Origin: the human T2T-CHM13v2.0 reference genome, Homo sapiens
DNA: 64,000 bases
Strand: one strand, 5' to 3'
NCBI RefSeq assembly: GCF_009914755.1
Contig: NC_060943.1
Shown: positions 43,095-58,336 of the stretch, piece after piece
Layout: every line of letters begins with the position of its first letter
Numbering within the stretch: the first letter of the stretch is position 1
The notes under the pieces: model-generated
The model's input: only the letters and a program-made list of their open reading frames with translations
Databases searched by the model: none
What the model was told of the DNA's origin: nothing
Program-made: the position numbers and the translations under genes

Positions 43095-45799
43095 CCACAC
43101 AGTGACACACATACCCTGCAGGTTGGGCGAGGACAGTCCTGGGCCTCAGCCTCCTGCTGTCCCCATGGCTCTGGGTCGGGGTGCACATTCATGCCATTTG
43201 CCCTCTTTCATCCCCATCTGGCTCTCCCCTTCAGTGCAGGAGGCTGGAGCTGCACCAGGTCCCTTTCACAGTGATGTCCCATTGTGCTGTGGGTGAGCTG
43301 TGTGTTGCCTGGTGAGAGGGACCCTTCCTTTTTCTAATCGTGTCTAGCTTGGCTGCAGCTTCCAAGGATGGTCATTCAGGACCTGGGTGTCCCAGAGGAA
43401 ACTGTCCTTCCTGGAGGTGTGCAGGGTGAATCTCTCATGCCTCTTGGGAGGAGAGGCCTGTGCCTGTTGCTCAGTGGTGGCTGTGAGTCCCATAGTCAAA
43501 GGGAAAGTTCTCGGTCACTGTATGACTCCGTGGGGTCCGGTGGCTGAGCTGGAGCTCATGGTTTCTCATGTTCTTCCTGACCATCTTTGATGTCCTCTCT
43601 TCTCTGCCCAGCTGATTGTCCTGTGGTCACCACAGCTTCTCCGTGGTGGTGCAGAAGGAAGTGAGGAGTTAAACAGGAACCCGGTGGGACATGGCTCGTT
43701 GAGACGCAGGAGGGGGAGCCTGGGTCGGAGCAGAGTTTCAGAGCTGGAGAGATTCATCCCGACCAACTCCGTGGCAATGTTGGGCAGAGCCTTTCATGTG
43801 TTGACATACCCAGGGGTCTGTCCTGAGGGTTTTTGACCTGGCCAAGCTGCTGTGTGTAGAGGAGGAACAGGCAGTGGCCAGAGATCCTGTCTGGAGGGAC
43901 GTTGCTCACACCTGAGCGGGCGGGTGGGGGGTGAGTTGTGTTCTGGGAGCAAAGAGCAATAACATCCCCCTTCTCCCCGCAAGCACACAGGAGAGGTCTG
44001 TCTTCCCAAGGGACAGCTGGGGATAGGTGGCCACACCTCGGATGGTGCCTGTGTGTGACCATCACACGCGCTCTGAGCCCCGTGGGGTGCAGCGTGCAGG
44101 CAGGTCACAGGGTGCCTGGCTGATTCCCGGTGAGGCTGTGGGCCCTCAGGCAGCCGCTATTCTGTGTCAGCGCTAAGCTTGGCCTGGGATGCCCCAGGGA
44201 ACAGGACAGATGGAGCAGGGGCGGGCATTTAGGGAGCGGTGACAGAAAGAGTTGATGAGGATGGAGGGAGGTCACGAGGGGAAAGCGCCCAGTGTGGCAT
44301 CGCGTGCACCAGCGCTGCCCTGGGAGATGCCTTTAGCTGGGCCCAGGGAAGGAGCAGGTGTGTGGGGCAGGAGCTACCTGCAGAGGGCGTGGTGTTAGGT
44401 TGGTGGCCCCCAGGTCAGGGAGGAGCTGACAGAGTCCGTGTGGGGAGCATGGAGGGCGCTGAGGACTTAGGCCGAAGTGACCCTGGTGAGGGTGGACACT
44501 GCTGGGCTGTGGGTTCCGCTGAGGGAGGTTGGCTTCCCCTGGGAAGGCTCCAGGCTGGGAGGGACTCGGTCACCCTCTGGTGGACAGGGAGGGAAGTGTG
44601 AACGGCAGCAATCCCAGGCCAGGCTGCATGTTTTATTCCACGTGGATCTGCACACTTCACACGAGGTAACACGTATGTTATGTTACAGCTCCTTCACCTT
44701 CCAGCCCCGTGAGACCCAGTCTTTGTGGCTGTACGTTCACTGTTCTCCCTCTTTCACAGTCAGATGTCCCAAAGGCAGATTTTTGTCACCTTTGTGAGTT
44801 TGTGTTTGTGTGCAGTAGGTGGCACTGTGTATACCCTGGGAGCAGTGATGTCTGGGGCTGAGCAGTGCACGTGGGCTTGGGAGCAGAAGAGGGAGCAGCA
44901 GCGTGGGAAGATCAATGTCAGAGGGGCAGGGACAAGTCATTTTCATTTTCTCACTCCCAGGGACCAATCCCAGGATTCTGACTCCAGGGCACAGTACCAC
45001 ACCCTGCTTGTGTCCCTGGATGTCATGATGCTCATAGTGTCATGTTGCCTTGGCATTCATTTTTTAAGGTGTAAGTTTATTTGCCTCAAATCAGAGGCAG
45101 GGCTTGGTCACCATGGCAGTTTTCAATACTGTATCTGGTTCAAGTGGCTCCAGTTGGTGGCCAGAGATAAAATCTTAGAGGTATCTCTCCTGCTTGGTGT
45201 GCTGGGCTCACCTCTCTCCAGCTGCTTTCTTTAAACTGATAATTCTGACATTTGCCCTCACATTTAAAGTGACCACCTCTCAGTCACAGCTTGAGCTCCT
45301 GGTCCCAGTGTTTGCTGCTTGCTTTGAACACATCCATTAAAGCTCCCTGCTGGAAACCTGTCAGATAACACCCTGGACTTAATAAAGGCATTGGCTTACC
45401 GGTCTCTTCTCTCCTCCCTGCCTGGGCTCACTGACCTCTGTGTCTGTGGCCTCCAGGTGTGCTGAGTGCTCCCTAGTGTCTGTAAGTAGTAAAAATACTT
45501 ATATTTTCACGTTCTTGTTATATCATTATAGCCTCACATGCCATCCAGGGCCTGACATTGAGGCTGCCCTATGGGACTTGTGCTGGTTGAGCTTCTGCTG
45601 GAGCTCTTGTTTTGGGGCCTCTGGTTCTCCTGGGGACAGGAGCTTCCAGCTAACTTGATTGAAAACCTGATGCCTTTCATTGGAACACTGGGTCAGGTGA
45701 TGTATTCATGGGCTTCACCTGCCATAACATAACCTTAGCCTGGGTGAATTAAATAATAGAAATCTATTTTTCACAGTTCTGTGAATAATGTGCTATTTT

Positions 45800-47260
45800 A
45801 ACCACTTTAAAATGCACAATCAAGTGAAATTAACCACATACACCATGTTAAATTACCATCACCACTATTTTTCCTAGAAAATTTTTATCATTTTAAACTG
45901 AAACTTTGTCACTTTTAAACAATACCTCCCTGTATGTTCCACCCTAGACCTTGATCATCTCCACTCTCTCTCTATGAATTTGCCTATTCTTGATGTTTCA
46001 TATAAATGGAATTATACAATTATGTTATTTTGTTTCTGACATATTTCACTTAGCATAATGTTTCCCAAGTCCATGCATGTTCCAGTGGGTGTCAGAGCTT
46101 CATTCCTCTTTATGGCAGGTTAACAATCTGTTGTATGTGTCACCATATTTGTTTATTCATGTGTTGATGAACACTTGGATTATTTTCATATTTTATCTTT
46201 TGTGAATAATGCTGCAATGAACATTCCCATGCAAGTACCTGTTTGAGGCCCTGGATTTAATTCTTTGGGTATGTACCTAGGAATGCCTGTTGTTTCAAAT
46301 GAGAATTCTATGATTAGCTTTTTGAGGAACAGCAAAACTCTTTCTCCAAGTGGCTGTACCTTTTCATATTCTCACCAGCCATGTATGAGGATTCCAAATT
46401 CTACATAATGCTGCTACTTGTTGTTTAACATTTTAAAAGAATGGTAGCCAGTTTTGTAGGTGTGATGTGGTGTCTCATTGCAGCTTTGACTTTGTATTTT
46501 CCTAATGACTATAGATGTTGAGTATCTTTTCATGTCCTTCTTGACTATTTGTATATCTTCTTTGAAGAAATGTCTATATGAGTCTTTTGCCCATTTATAA
46601 ATTGGATGGTTTGTCCTTTTGTTATTGAGTTTTAGCTAGTTCTTTATATTAACTGGATATGAAAACTGCCTATATGTGGTTTGCAAATATTTTCTTTCAT
46701 TCTTTTCTATTAATTATTTTCTTGATAATTTCCTTTGATGTACAAAAGGCTCACATCTTGATAAAGCCCAACATATCTTGTTTTTCTTGTTTCTCATGCT
46801 TTTGTATCATATCTAAGAATCCATTACACATTTGAGTTCATCAATATTTACCTCTATGTCTAGTTTAAGATGTTTTTATGGTTATAGGTCTTATATTTTA
46901 CTCACTCATCAATTTTTTAGAGAATTGTTTGATATGGTGGGAGGCAGAGTTATCTAAATTCACTGTTTTGCATGTGGTTATCTAGTTGTTTCTGTACTAT
47001 GATTTGAAAGGAGAATTGTTCATCCATTAAATTGTCTTGACACCCTCTTCAAGGAGTAATTGACCATAAGTTTGAGGGTTTATTTCTAGATTCTTAATTC
47101 TATCCCATTTGTCTTTATGTCTATTCTTTTGCCAGCAGCTTATGTCTATTCTTTGGCAGCAGCTTCCATTTTAATAATTGTACTCTTTTGTGAGATTTCA
47201 AATAAGAAAGTTCAAGTCCTACAATTTATTTTGGCAAGATTGTTTTAGCTACTCAGGGGT
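45800..47260 (-). mobile_element. Paralogous old L1 fragment upstream of PSG6
   Basis: Collinear with 7585-9030. Confidence 0.75.
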
Positions 47261-47575
47261 ACTTTTTTGAAAGGTGGGGAGGCCAATGTTTCACAATTGG
47301 GAAAGCCTTTTCTCTCTTCTTCAGGGGGAAATTTGGGAGAAGCTTTTAAGAAACTTTATCTAAGTAGGTAAACTGTCACCACTTTATTTGCTGAAGTGCT
47401 ATGTTAAAGTGTGCATTGCCTCTTGTGGAAGAATTATGAGACCCTGGAAGCACTTGCCCATGTGGTGAGAGACAGTGAATTCCACGATGAGGGGCAGAGA
47501 GGACATTGTTTTGGGATACAGTGTTGTTGGGGGAGTTGTATACATCTCAACTTCTTTATGTCTCTGTACAGTGGG

Positions 47576-48579
47576 TGTAGGGAGCAGCCCCACAGGGTCG
47601 TTGGGTTTTTCTCCCTGTGTGTGGAGATGAGAGATTGTGGAAATAAAGACACAAGACTAAGAGATAAAAGAAAAGACAACTGGGCCTGGGGGACCACTAC
47701 CACCAAGATGCGGAGACCGGTAGTGGCCCTGAATGCCAGGCTGCACTGATATTTATTGGATAGAAGACAAAGGGGCAGGATAAGGAATGTGTGCCATCTT
47801 CAATGATAGGAAATGCCACCTGTGTCACATGTCCACTGGACAGGGGGCCCTTCCCTGCCTGGCAGGTGAGGCAGAGAGAGGGAGGAGAATGAGAGAGAGA
47901 GCTTACAGCATTATTTCTGCTTATTAGAGACTTTTAGTACTTTCACTAATTTGCTACTGCTAACTAAATGGCAGAACCACGTGTACAGTATGGAACATGA
48001 GGGCGGACTAAGAGTGTGACCACTGAAGCACAGCATCACAGGGAGACGGTTAGGCCTCTGGATAACTGTGGGTGGACCTGACTAATGTCAGGCCCTCCAC
48101 AAGAGGTGGAGGAGTAGAGTCTTCTCTAAACTCCGCCGGGGAAAGGGAGACTCCCTTTCCGGTCGGCTAAGTAGTGGGTGTTTTTCCTTGACACTGAGGC
48201 TACCACTAGACCACGGTCCACTTGGCAAAGGGTGTCTTCCCAGACGCTGGTGTTACCGCTAGGCCGAGGAGCCCTCTAGTGGCCCTGTCTGGGCATAACA
48301 GAAGCCTTGCACTCTTGTCTTCTGGTCACTTCTCACTATGTCTCCTCAGCTCCTATCTCTGTATGGCCTGGCCTTTCCTAGGTTATGATTATAAAGCGAG
48401 GATTATTATAATATTGGAATAAAGAGTAATTGCTACCAACTAACAATTAATGATATTCATATATAATCATATCTAAGATCTGTACCTGGTATAACTATTC
48501 TTCTTTTATATTTTATGATACTGGAACAGCTCATGCCCTGAGTCTCTTGCCTCAGCACCTGGGTGGCTTGCCGCCCACA
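47576..48579 (-). mobile_element. Full-length LTR13-like (ERVK) solo LTR, 1004 bp, 6-bp target-site duplication AGTGGG
   Basis: TG...CA termini; minus strand starts tgtgggcggcaagccacccagg; AGTGGG at 47570-47575 and 48580-48585. Confidence 0.85.
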
Positions 48580-49105
48580 AGTGGGCATCTCCATTGGACA
48601 CAGTAGGTTTTGAAATCCTTGTTTATCCTCTGGGGTCTGGGTCTTGGCTTACCTATTAGCTGCAACTGAAAGAGGAGTCTGTTAAGTCAATGACTCCTGT
48701 ACGGAGTAGAAGGTTTCAGCAGAGTGAAAGTAGCTGGGGTTCATAGAAGCCAGGAATGTCTGACTCTTAGAAACTGTGTGTCAGCAGATGGGTGTCCTCA
48801 GGGGTACATGGGCCATGCCAGTAGCCACTGCAGTGGACTGGAAGAAGGTAAGGGATGCTGGGTATCCCATGTTCTCTCTCAGCTCTGCAGCTGAAGATTT
48901 GGGCCCTGGGCTTGTACGACCCTGAAGCAGGGGAAGGGTATACAGGAATGGCTGCATATCAGGACCAAGTCCATGTCATCTTCTGAGGCATTGTTACTGC
49001 AGATGGAGGATTCTGTTCAGAGACCAGGCCTGGACACATGGGAGGGCCCACCCCATTCTTTTAAAATTGTTTTAAGAGAACAGTATTAGCAAATGTAGTA
49101 CATGT

Positions 49106-49111
49106 TTTATT
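49106..49111 (-). terminator. PSG7 poly(A) signal AATAAA
   Basis: tttatt on + strand about 650 nt downstream of the DWTLP stop. Confidence 0.7.
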
Positions 49112-49329
49112 CTGCTAGAATCAGTCTTACTGTCACGTTTTACAATGTATCTCTTAGGAAATGGTGAGAGCCATCCACACAATGTGCATTTAAAGGGGAG
49201 TCTACTATAATTTCAGCTTTCCTACTCTTTATAGAAACCATCTTCTCTGCAAACACACAGGCAATATCTCTGTGTTCATTTCTATTGGGAGCCCTGTATG
49301 CAAGATGGAGAGAGCCACATTTCCTCCTG

Positions 49330-50570
49330 AGATGTTATGTAAAAGTCTGAGGTTGAGATGACATATCTGACACTCTGTTGTTACCCTCAGAAGCTCCTAT
49401 ACTACATGTGAAATTCTAATGACTGCATTATCCTGCCAAGTGAAAGAGGCAGGCACAAGCAAGGACAGCTAAGAGGGGTGAGAGCCTCATCATGATGGGG
49501 AGTCTTATTCTGACATCTTGGGAAAAGCTGTCCACAGTGTGAAGTCATCAACTTGTTTTCCTTGTTTACAGTTTGAGCAGCTGTTGTTATGGTGTTGAAC
49601 ATTTTGGTGAGTTCTGAGTGGCTCAGACATCAGGTACAAGGATTTTCCCATGAAATTTACATTGAGTTGTCCAACTCTGACTTATAGGGCTTCTGGAACA
49701 GAGTGGGTCTTGCTCTTTGAGGTTCCATGGGAGAAGATGGAATTGGAGGAACTAGTAGAATTCAGGGTAATGTCCAGTCTACAGTGGATAATAAAAACAC
49801 AGAAACAATGAACAGAGCTGCAATCTCATAACAGGTGTACTACGGTTTTATTTTCCACATAATTTTTCTCTCTATGGGCATCTCTAGTTTTACCAATGAT
49901 AATTTCAGTAGAATAAGTTTGTTTGCAAAATAGGTTGAGTTTCTTCAAACTTGGTCTGATTGTTTACATAAGTGCAGCAAGAGTAGCAATGGACTATGTA
50001 GGCTCTCTTTTAAAATTTTCTTTGCTGTAAGTTTTTATAAGGAATCTCAGATTAAACCTTTACAAAACTCTTGAGAATAGGAAGCCAAACCAAGGCTGAC
50101 TTCAGAGTTTGCCTGCAGTTCATACTGGTTCATTCTAGCTATATTCTTAAATATAACATCCCAGTCAAAGCCTTGGTAATATAACCAATGATTTGAAATG
50201 TGTCCTGTTACAAAGAGAGCAGGTTGTTACTCTGTTTGTGCAAATATCTGTATTACCATAAACATATCAATACTCATGAATAGTTGCCCAATTCTGGGGC
50301 ATTCAGGTAGAGAGCAAAAGTAAATATTTCAATTATCATTCCCAGAAGTATAGTTTATTGAACCACTATAAGCTAGAGATAGATTAAAAGACAAATTTCC
50401 ATAAATCTAGAAAACTATCCACATAAAGAATCAGCATATTTTCAAATAAAAATCATAAAAACATTATCCTCATTATTATCAATTATTTCAATGAAATCAA
50501 TGTTTTTCCTGCTTGGTCTAGGCTGGGAATGTTATGAAGATATCAGCCTGTTTGTTAAAGTTTTCGAAGT
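49330..50570. mobile_element. ERV-internal-like cassette (probably MER65-int) holding the PSG7 C exons and 3' UTR
   Basis: Homologous to 25840-27340. Confidence 0.45.
49762..49778 (-). CDS. PSG7: PSG7 terminal exon coding part (DWTLP*)
   Basis: Acceptor ctgtag|ACTGGACATTACCCTGA in phase with B2. Confidence 0.88.
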
Positions 50571-50691
50571 TCTTAGACAAATTTGGAGGGTTCAGGAGGA
50601 AAATTTGGGATTTGCTTGTGCCCATGGGACACAGGCTGGGAATACAAATGTTTTCCTGACTTTTCTCTGAAAGTCAGATAGACTGCACCTA

Positions 50692-51105
<414 letters not shown>

Positions 51106-51380
51106 CTATGTTCACTGAGCCGAAGCCTGAGGTATTCACCTGTTTCTCCCATCACAAGCTGTGGGCCCCAAGTCTCCCATGACAAGAGCGTCCACTCCCC
51201 TTATATTCTTGGTTAAGGCTGTGCCTACCCAGGTTTTCCCAGGGCAGGGAGTCATGGCCAGCTCGGATGTCCAGAAGTAAATATGTCTATACTTGGACCG
51301 GAGAGAGACTGAGAGGACTGGCCTCTGGTCGTTTGGAGTTAAGCTGGTGTCCTGGCCCACAGAGGAAGAAAGGATACTCA

Positions 51381-51737
<357 letters not shown>

Positions 51738-53741
51738 TTAGAGTTGGCATCTCCCACCTGTCAACACGTGTGAGTCCTTGAAAGCCAATAGCTGGTGTGT
51801 GTGTCACAAGGTAGATGCATGATGATCTAAGGGCTCAAAGACTGTGAGGCCACCTGCTCAGTCTTAGGGAAGCATAGACTTTCTCAAGTGTCAATTGAGC
51901 AGCAGTGCTGGGTCATGGACAGACATGTCAGTGGGAGTCACAGCGCCTGGTACCCCTCCCAGTCCCTCACTAATGAGTTGACTGGCTGGCTCACCCTGGG
52001 TTCATTACCTGGAATGTGCAACTGCTGGGCCCTTTCCAAATTGCATCCTACTTTGCCCCCCTAGATGTGATTTCTCTGCAACTTCCATTTCCAAGGACAT
52101 TCTAGAGATGAGTAATAATGGGACTTCCCATTGTCCTGAAACCCTGCAGATACTGAGCAGCCTGGCCTGGGACTGGATGTTTCAGCAGAAATAACACAGG
52201 GGAGACCATAGTCAAGCCTGGAGGTCAGTTCAGTCATCAGGCAGTGGAGGCTCAAGGTGGGGCAGTTTTTTGCAGGTGTTTCATGATGACTTACTTGAAC
52301 CAGTGACCTCTAAAGATAGAGCAGAGTGCAAGGAATGATCTAGAAAGAGTGAAGGGGACAAGCAAGAGCTGGTGGTTTTGGAGCAGAAGCATGTTCCCTG
52401 TCCTGGGTTCTTTAAGTTTCCTCTCCTTCTGCAGAGGGCAGGTGAGGACCATGTGGATCTTTCCAGAAATACATGTGGACATTTGCAAATGCAGAACTGA
52501 CTGGTGGAAAGTGTGGGAATGAACTGCTGGAAATCTGGTCCTCATGGACCATGTGTGTTTGATGGATATAAGACAAATTTGGAGAGAAGTTTTGCAAATA
52601 TTTTCTTTCACTGGACATTCTACTCTCTGATTCCTTGGGGTTGACTACTCTAGGGACCTCATGTAAGTGGATTCCAGAGTGAATATGAGAAGAGACTGCT
52701 GGTTGCCAGGAGCTGGGAGTGGGGAGAATCAGAAGTTGTTCATGGGTGGGCAGTTTCTTTTATGCAAGATGGGGAGTTTCTAGAGATCTGCTGTAGAGCT
52801 TGATGCCTATAGTTCACACAGATGGAGTATTTCTTATGCCTACAACTTAGGACAAAAAGTGTTTTGCATTTCTTTCATTTTTTGATTCTGAAATATTTGT
52901 CATATACTTACTGGTTAAGCATCCCAAATCTGATAGATTCAAAGTCTAAGATGCTTCAGTGAGCATTTCTTTTCAGCATCAGATTAGTAGGCATAAGTGG
53001 GAGGTGATAAGCCAAAGATATTCTTGCCCTTTTTTTTCTCTCACCACGTTTCTAGCTTGGTGATTAGTTTTCGGTGAATTCCATACTGGCCATGCTGCAC
53101 TTGTATATTTTTGAATGCCTTGGCATGTGAGAAAGGCTGATTGCTATTTTCTATGTCATGAGAACTTTCCACCTTTTCATGGTTGCATCTTTTTCTCAGT
53201 GTTTTTGTTGTGGCAGTCATTAAGAAGAGCCTGTCAGCTCAGATTTAGGACAGAGTTTTCTAATTCTGCAAAAAATGTTACTGGGATGCTGGTAGGGGTT
53301 GCATTGAATCTGCAACTCACTTTGCGTAGTATTTTCTTTCTAACAATATTGATTCTTCCAATCCATGAAAATGAAATGTGTTTCCATATATTGATATCAT
53401 CTTTAATTTGTTTCAGGAAGGTTTGTAGTTTTCAGGGTATAATCATTTGACCTTTTTGGTTAAACTTATTCCAAAATATTTTATTCCTTTTGATGTTAAT
53501 GTGAATTGAAATTATTTTCTTAATTTCTTTTCAGATTGTTCATTGTTAGTGTATAGTCTGAAGAATGATCTAGAAAGAGTGAAGGGTACAGGCAAAACCT
53601 GGTGGTTTTGGAGCAGAAATATATTCCCTTTCCTGAGTTTTGATTTTCCCTCTCCCTCTGCAGAGGGCAGGTGGCTCTTCCCTGATAGCCAGATAGACTT
53701 CCCTGGAAAACATATTGCCAATGCTCCAGGGATCCACTTAC

Positions 53742-53996
53742 CAGGGACTATGATCCTCTTGATTATGAGATTTGTTCCACCAGTGGCTGAGTTATGGATG
53801 AAAGAGACATAGACCCCTCTATATGTTTTAGTGAATTGGGGTATAAAGAACACTTGTACTGATTGCTGGAACTTCCCATCAATCAGCCAAGAATGCTCGG
53901 CCAGTGGATGAGAATCTGTGAGGCAGGGGAGCTTGGGGACTTCTCTTGTATGGTAATAGGTGTATGAGGAAAAAATGGTGGGGGCATCCAGGCCAT
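53742..53996 (-). pseudogene. PSG7 B1 pseudo-exon (255 nt, acceptor AG replaced by AC; second Cys changed to Ser)
   Basis: ctccac|ATGGCCTGGATG; frame open, but YVSFIHN replaces YVCFIHN. Confidence 0.9.
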
Positions 53997-54372
53997 GTGG
54001 AGCAAAGAGAATAATGTCACAGGTGATATTGTCAGAGGGAAGGTAAAATCCTGGTCTGTGGAAGGGCCACAGTGACCCTGTGAGTCAAGTCGCAACACTG
54101 AAGTCCCAGCCAAATCCCCGCTGTGTTCATGATCTGGAGCCTGAGACATTCACCTGTTTCTTCCATCACAAGCTGTGGACCCTGAGTCTCCCATGACAGG
54201 AGCAGCCTCTTTTCTCTTATTGTGGATCAAGCCTAGGCCTACTCTGGTTTGCCTGGGGCAGGAAGTCACCACCAGCTTTGATGTCCAGGGGTAAAGGTCT
54301 ACATACTTGGACCTGAGAGGGACTGAGAAGCCCGGCCTCTGGCCATGTGTATTTGGGATGGCAGCCTGGCTA

Positions 54373-54741
<369 letters not shown>

Positions 54742-56864
54742 TCAGAGTTGGCATTTCCAACCTCTCAGCCCACCCAAGTCCTTAAAAGCCCATGGCAGGT
54801 GTGTGTGTTACAAGACAGATGCATGGCAATCTGAGGGCTCAGAGATTGTGAGGCTGCCTGCTTTATGTGGGAGAAGCATGGACTTTCTCAAGTGTGAATT
54901 GAGCAGCAGCATTGGGTCATGGAAAGACACAGGACCAGCAGTCACAGCTTCTGGTGCCTCTCTGAGTCCCTCCATCTCCAACTGCCTGCCTGGCCCACCT
55001 TGTGGTCCTCACTTGGAGCATTCAGTGCTGGAATCTTCTTAGTTTCAATCTTACTTTGCCCCCTGTGGTATGTTTTCTCTTCAGCTTCCCTTTCCAAGGA
55101 CATCCTAGAGATGGATGATGGAACTTCCCATTGTCCTTAAACCCTTTGGGTACTGGAAAGCCTGGCCTGGGACTGGGTACTTCAGCAGAAATAACACAGG
55201 GGAGACCAGAGTCAAGCCTGGAGGTCAGTTCAGTCATCAGGCAGTGCAGCCACAAGGTGGCGCAGTTTTCCCAGGTGTCTCATAGTGACTGACTTGAGCC
55301 AGTGACCTCTAAAGATAGAGCAGAGTCCAAGGAATGACCTACAAAGAGTGAAGGGGACAGGCAAGAGCTGATAGGTTTGGCCCAAGACCATGTTCCCTGT
55401 TCTGGGTCCATGATGCTCCCTTTCCCCTGTAGAGGGCAGGTGAGGACCATGTGGATCTTTCTAGAAATACATGTTGATGTTTGCAAATACAGAACTGACT
55501 GGTGGAAAGGGTGAACATGAACTGATGATGGAAGTCTGGTCCTCATGGACCATATGTGTTTGGTGGATATTAGACCAATATTTGGGAAGAAGTCTTGCAG
55601 ATACTTTCTCTCATTAGACATTCTACCCTCTGATTCTGAGTTTGACTACTCTATGTACCTCATATCAGTGGATTCCAGAGTGAATCAGAGAGTAGAATAG
55701 TAGTTTCCAGGAGCTGGGATTAGGGGAATAGGGCACTGTTCCGTGGGTGTGTGGTTTCAGTTATGCAGGATGAGGGGGTTCTAGAGATCTCCTGTACAGC
55801 CTCATGCCTATAGTTCATACAGATAAAGTGCTCCTTATGCAGAAAGGTTAAAACAAAGTGTTTTCAATTTCTAATTTTTTTATTTTGGAATATTTGCAGT
55901 ACATGTACTGGTTTAGCATCCCAAATCTGAAAAATTTAAAATCCACAATGCGCCAGTGAGCACTTCTTTTTAGCATCACATCAGTGGTCAGAAGGGTTGA
56001 GTTTTGAGCATTTCAGATTGTGGATTTCTGGATTTGGGATGCTCAATTCGTAATACTGTAATTTTCCCATAAAATGTTGTCAGGAGTTTAGACCTCAGGT
56101 TATGTTCTGACTCTAATAACAAAAGAAAAATTTGGAGGAAACATTAAAATGTTTTCATTAGTGGAAATTTTTACTGATGGTCCAAACATCTAAGATCAAT
56201 TGCTGGTAGTAGTATTTCTCTTGAGACGAAAATGAGGTTTAGGTGTGCCGTGAATTCCAGCAGGATCACATTATGCTCAAAGAAAGATGCCAAAGGTGAT
56301 TTGAATTAGCAGCTCCTTAAGTAGAGAGAGTCCCGTTAAAAGGACAGAACTGGTCAGTGCATCAATTACATAAAGAGAGGAAGGATGCCAAATTAAAAGA
56401 AGTGATGAGTGTTATGTTAGTAAATATAGAAAGAACTGCCTGCTTATAATTTCTGGGCAGAGTTAGGAAAAATGCGGAGGACCCCAAAACAGGTATGTGA
56501 AATGCTTTCTTCATTTTCTCTTAAGCTCAGGAAACACCACTAGAGTTTAAGTTTGTGTGAATTAGTAAGAGGCTAAGTGAGATGGCAATGGCTCGTGTGT
56601 CTCCCCACACGAAGAACTCCAACTTATGAAAACGGCATCATCATGAGGAAACAGTTGTATGTGGCACAGGCAGTAAAACCATGAGATAGCACCTACCTGG
56701 CCACCTCGATCTGGTCCCCAAACCACCTGTATTCCCATTAAGGGTATGTTACAGCCTTTGTAGTTGTCCCACAACTACAAAATTTAAAAATTGCTATTGT
56801 CAAAACAAAATACTAAATATGAAGTTGAAATGTTGTTCCACTTTTTTTCCCCCACTCTTTTTGA

Positions 56865-57271
<407 letters not shown>

Positions 57272-57511
57272 ATCTCTGAGGGATTTTAACGAGTTGTTGA
57301 CTTTTGAGTTTGTTCAGCGTTTTACTTAGTGTTAGAACCGAGTGACAAATTCCAAGCTTGTTATATGCCTGACAGAAAGCCAGAAGTCTCTAGGAAGTGA
57401 CAAAAGAATGTGAGCTCCATAGCAGGTTGAGAATGGAGTCACGAGTGAAATGGGTGAAATGAGCCCATGGGCTTTGGGAACTGCAGGCCCTTCCAGCCTC
57501 TGACACCCTGA

Positions 57512-58218
57512 TGAGTCCGTGCAAAGATTACAACAGTGACAGCAAACTAGCGTGGCTGACTCCATCTGGCATCTAGTCTCAGGCTGGCTGTCCTCACTCA
57601 TTCCTGGACATAGGCCAGGCTATCCTTGGGAAGAATTTGGTTTATGGTTTAACTTTGAAGCAAGAATGATGATAGTTCCTCCATAAAACTAACACCCTTA
57701 CTTTGCCCAGGGACTGCCTTGGTAAAACTAGTGAAAGACCATGAGATTTAGATTATAAGAGGGAACTGAATTCTGCTAAAATGTTGGCACAGTTTCTATA
57801 ATCCCTGACTGCTCCAGTGTCATTTGGCAAGAGTTTACAAAATTTGTAACTAATTGCTCCTATAGATAACATCACTATTGTAGAACGTGAGATTGGTCTT
57901 TTGAGATGTTTCTCATTCTTTTGCATTCTGGCAACCGGCTGACCTCATCTATACCTATGACTAATGGCTCAGCCAGTCATGTGGTCCCTACCTAGAGGCA
58001 GATTCAAGCACTAACAGATCATTTCCCTCTGCCCACATGATTCCATCACCAAACAATCAGCAGTACTCATTTTTTAGTCCTGTGCCCCTGAAACTATCCT
58101 TGAAAATCTCTAACCCCTGATCCACTGGGGAGGCTGATTTGAGTAATAATAAACCTCTGTCCTCCTGTTTGGCAGACTTGGAGTCATTAAAATCATTCTT
58201 TACTACAAATCACCATTT

Positions 58219-58283
<65 letters not shown>

Positions 58284-58336
58284 TTTTGGTGTATGTATGT
58301 GTGCAGGAGGCCAGAAGAACTTGTCTGGCAATTATA
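57512..58336 (+). mobile_element. LTR8B-like LTR in PSG7 intron 2
   Basis: Collinear with the PSG1 copy; contains an (AT)n expansion. Confidence 0.7.
58221..58280. repeat. (AT)30 microsatellite
   Basis: Direct read. Confidence 0.95.
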
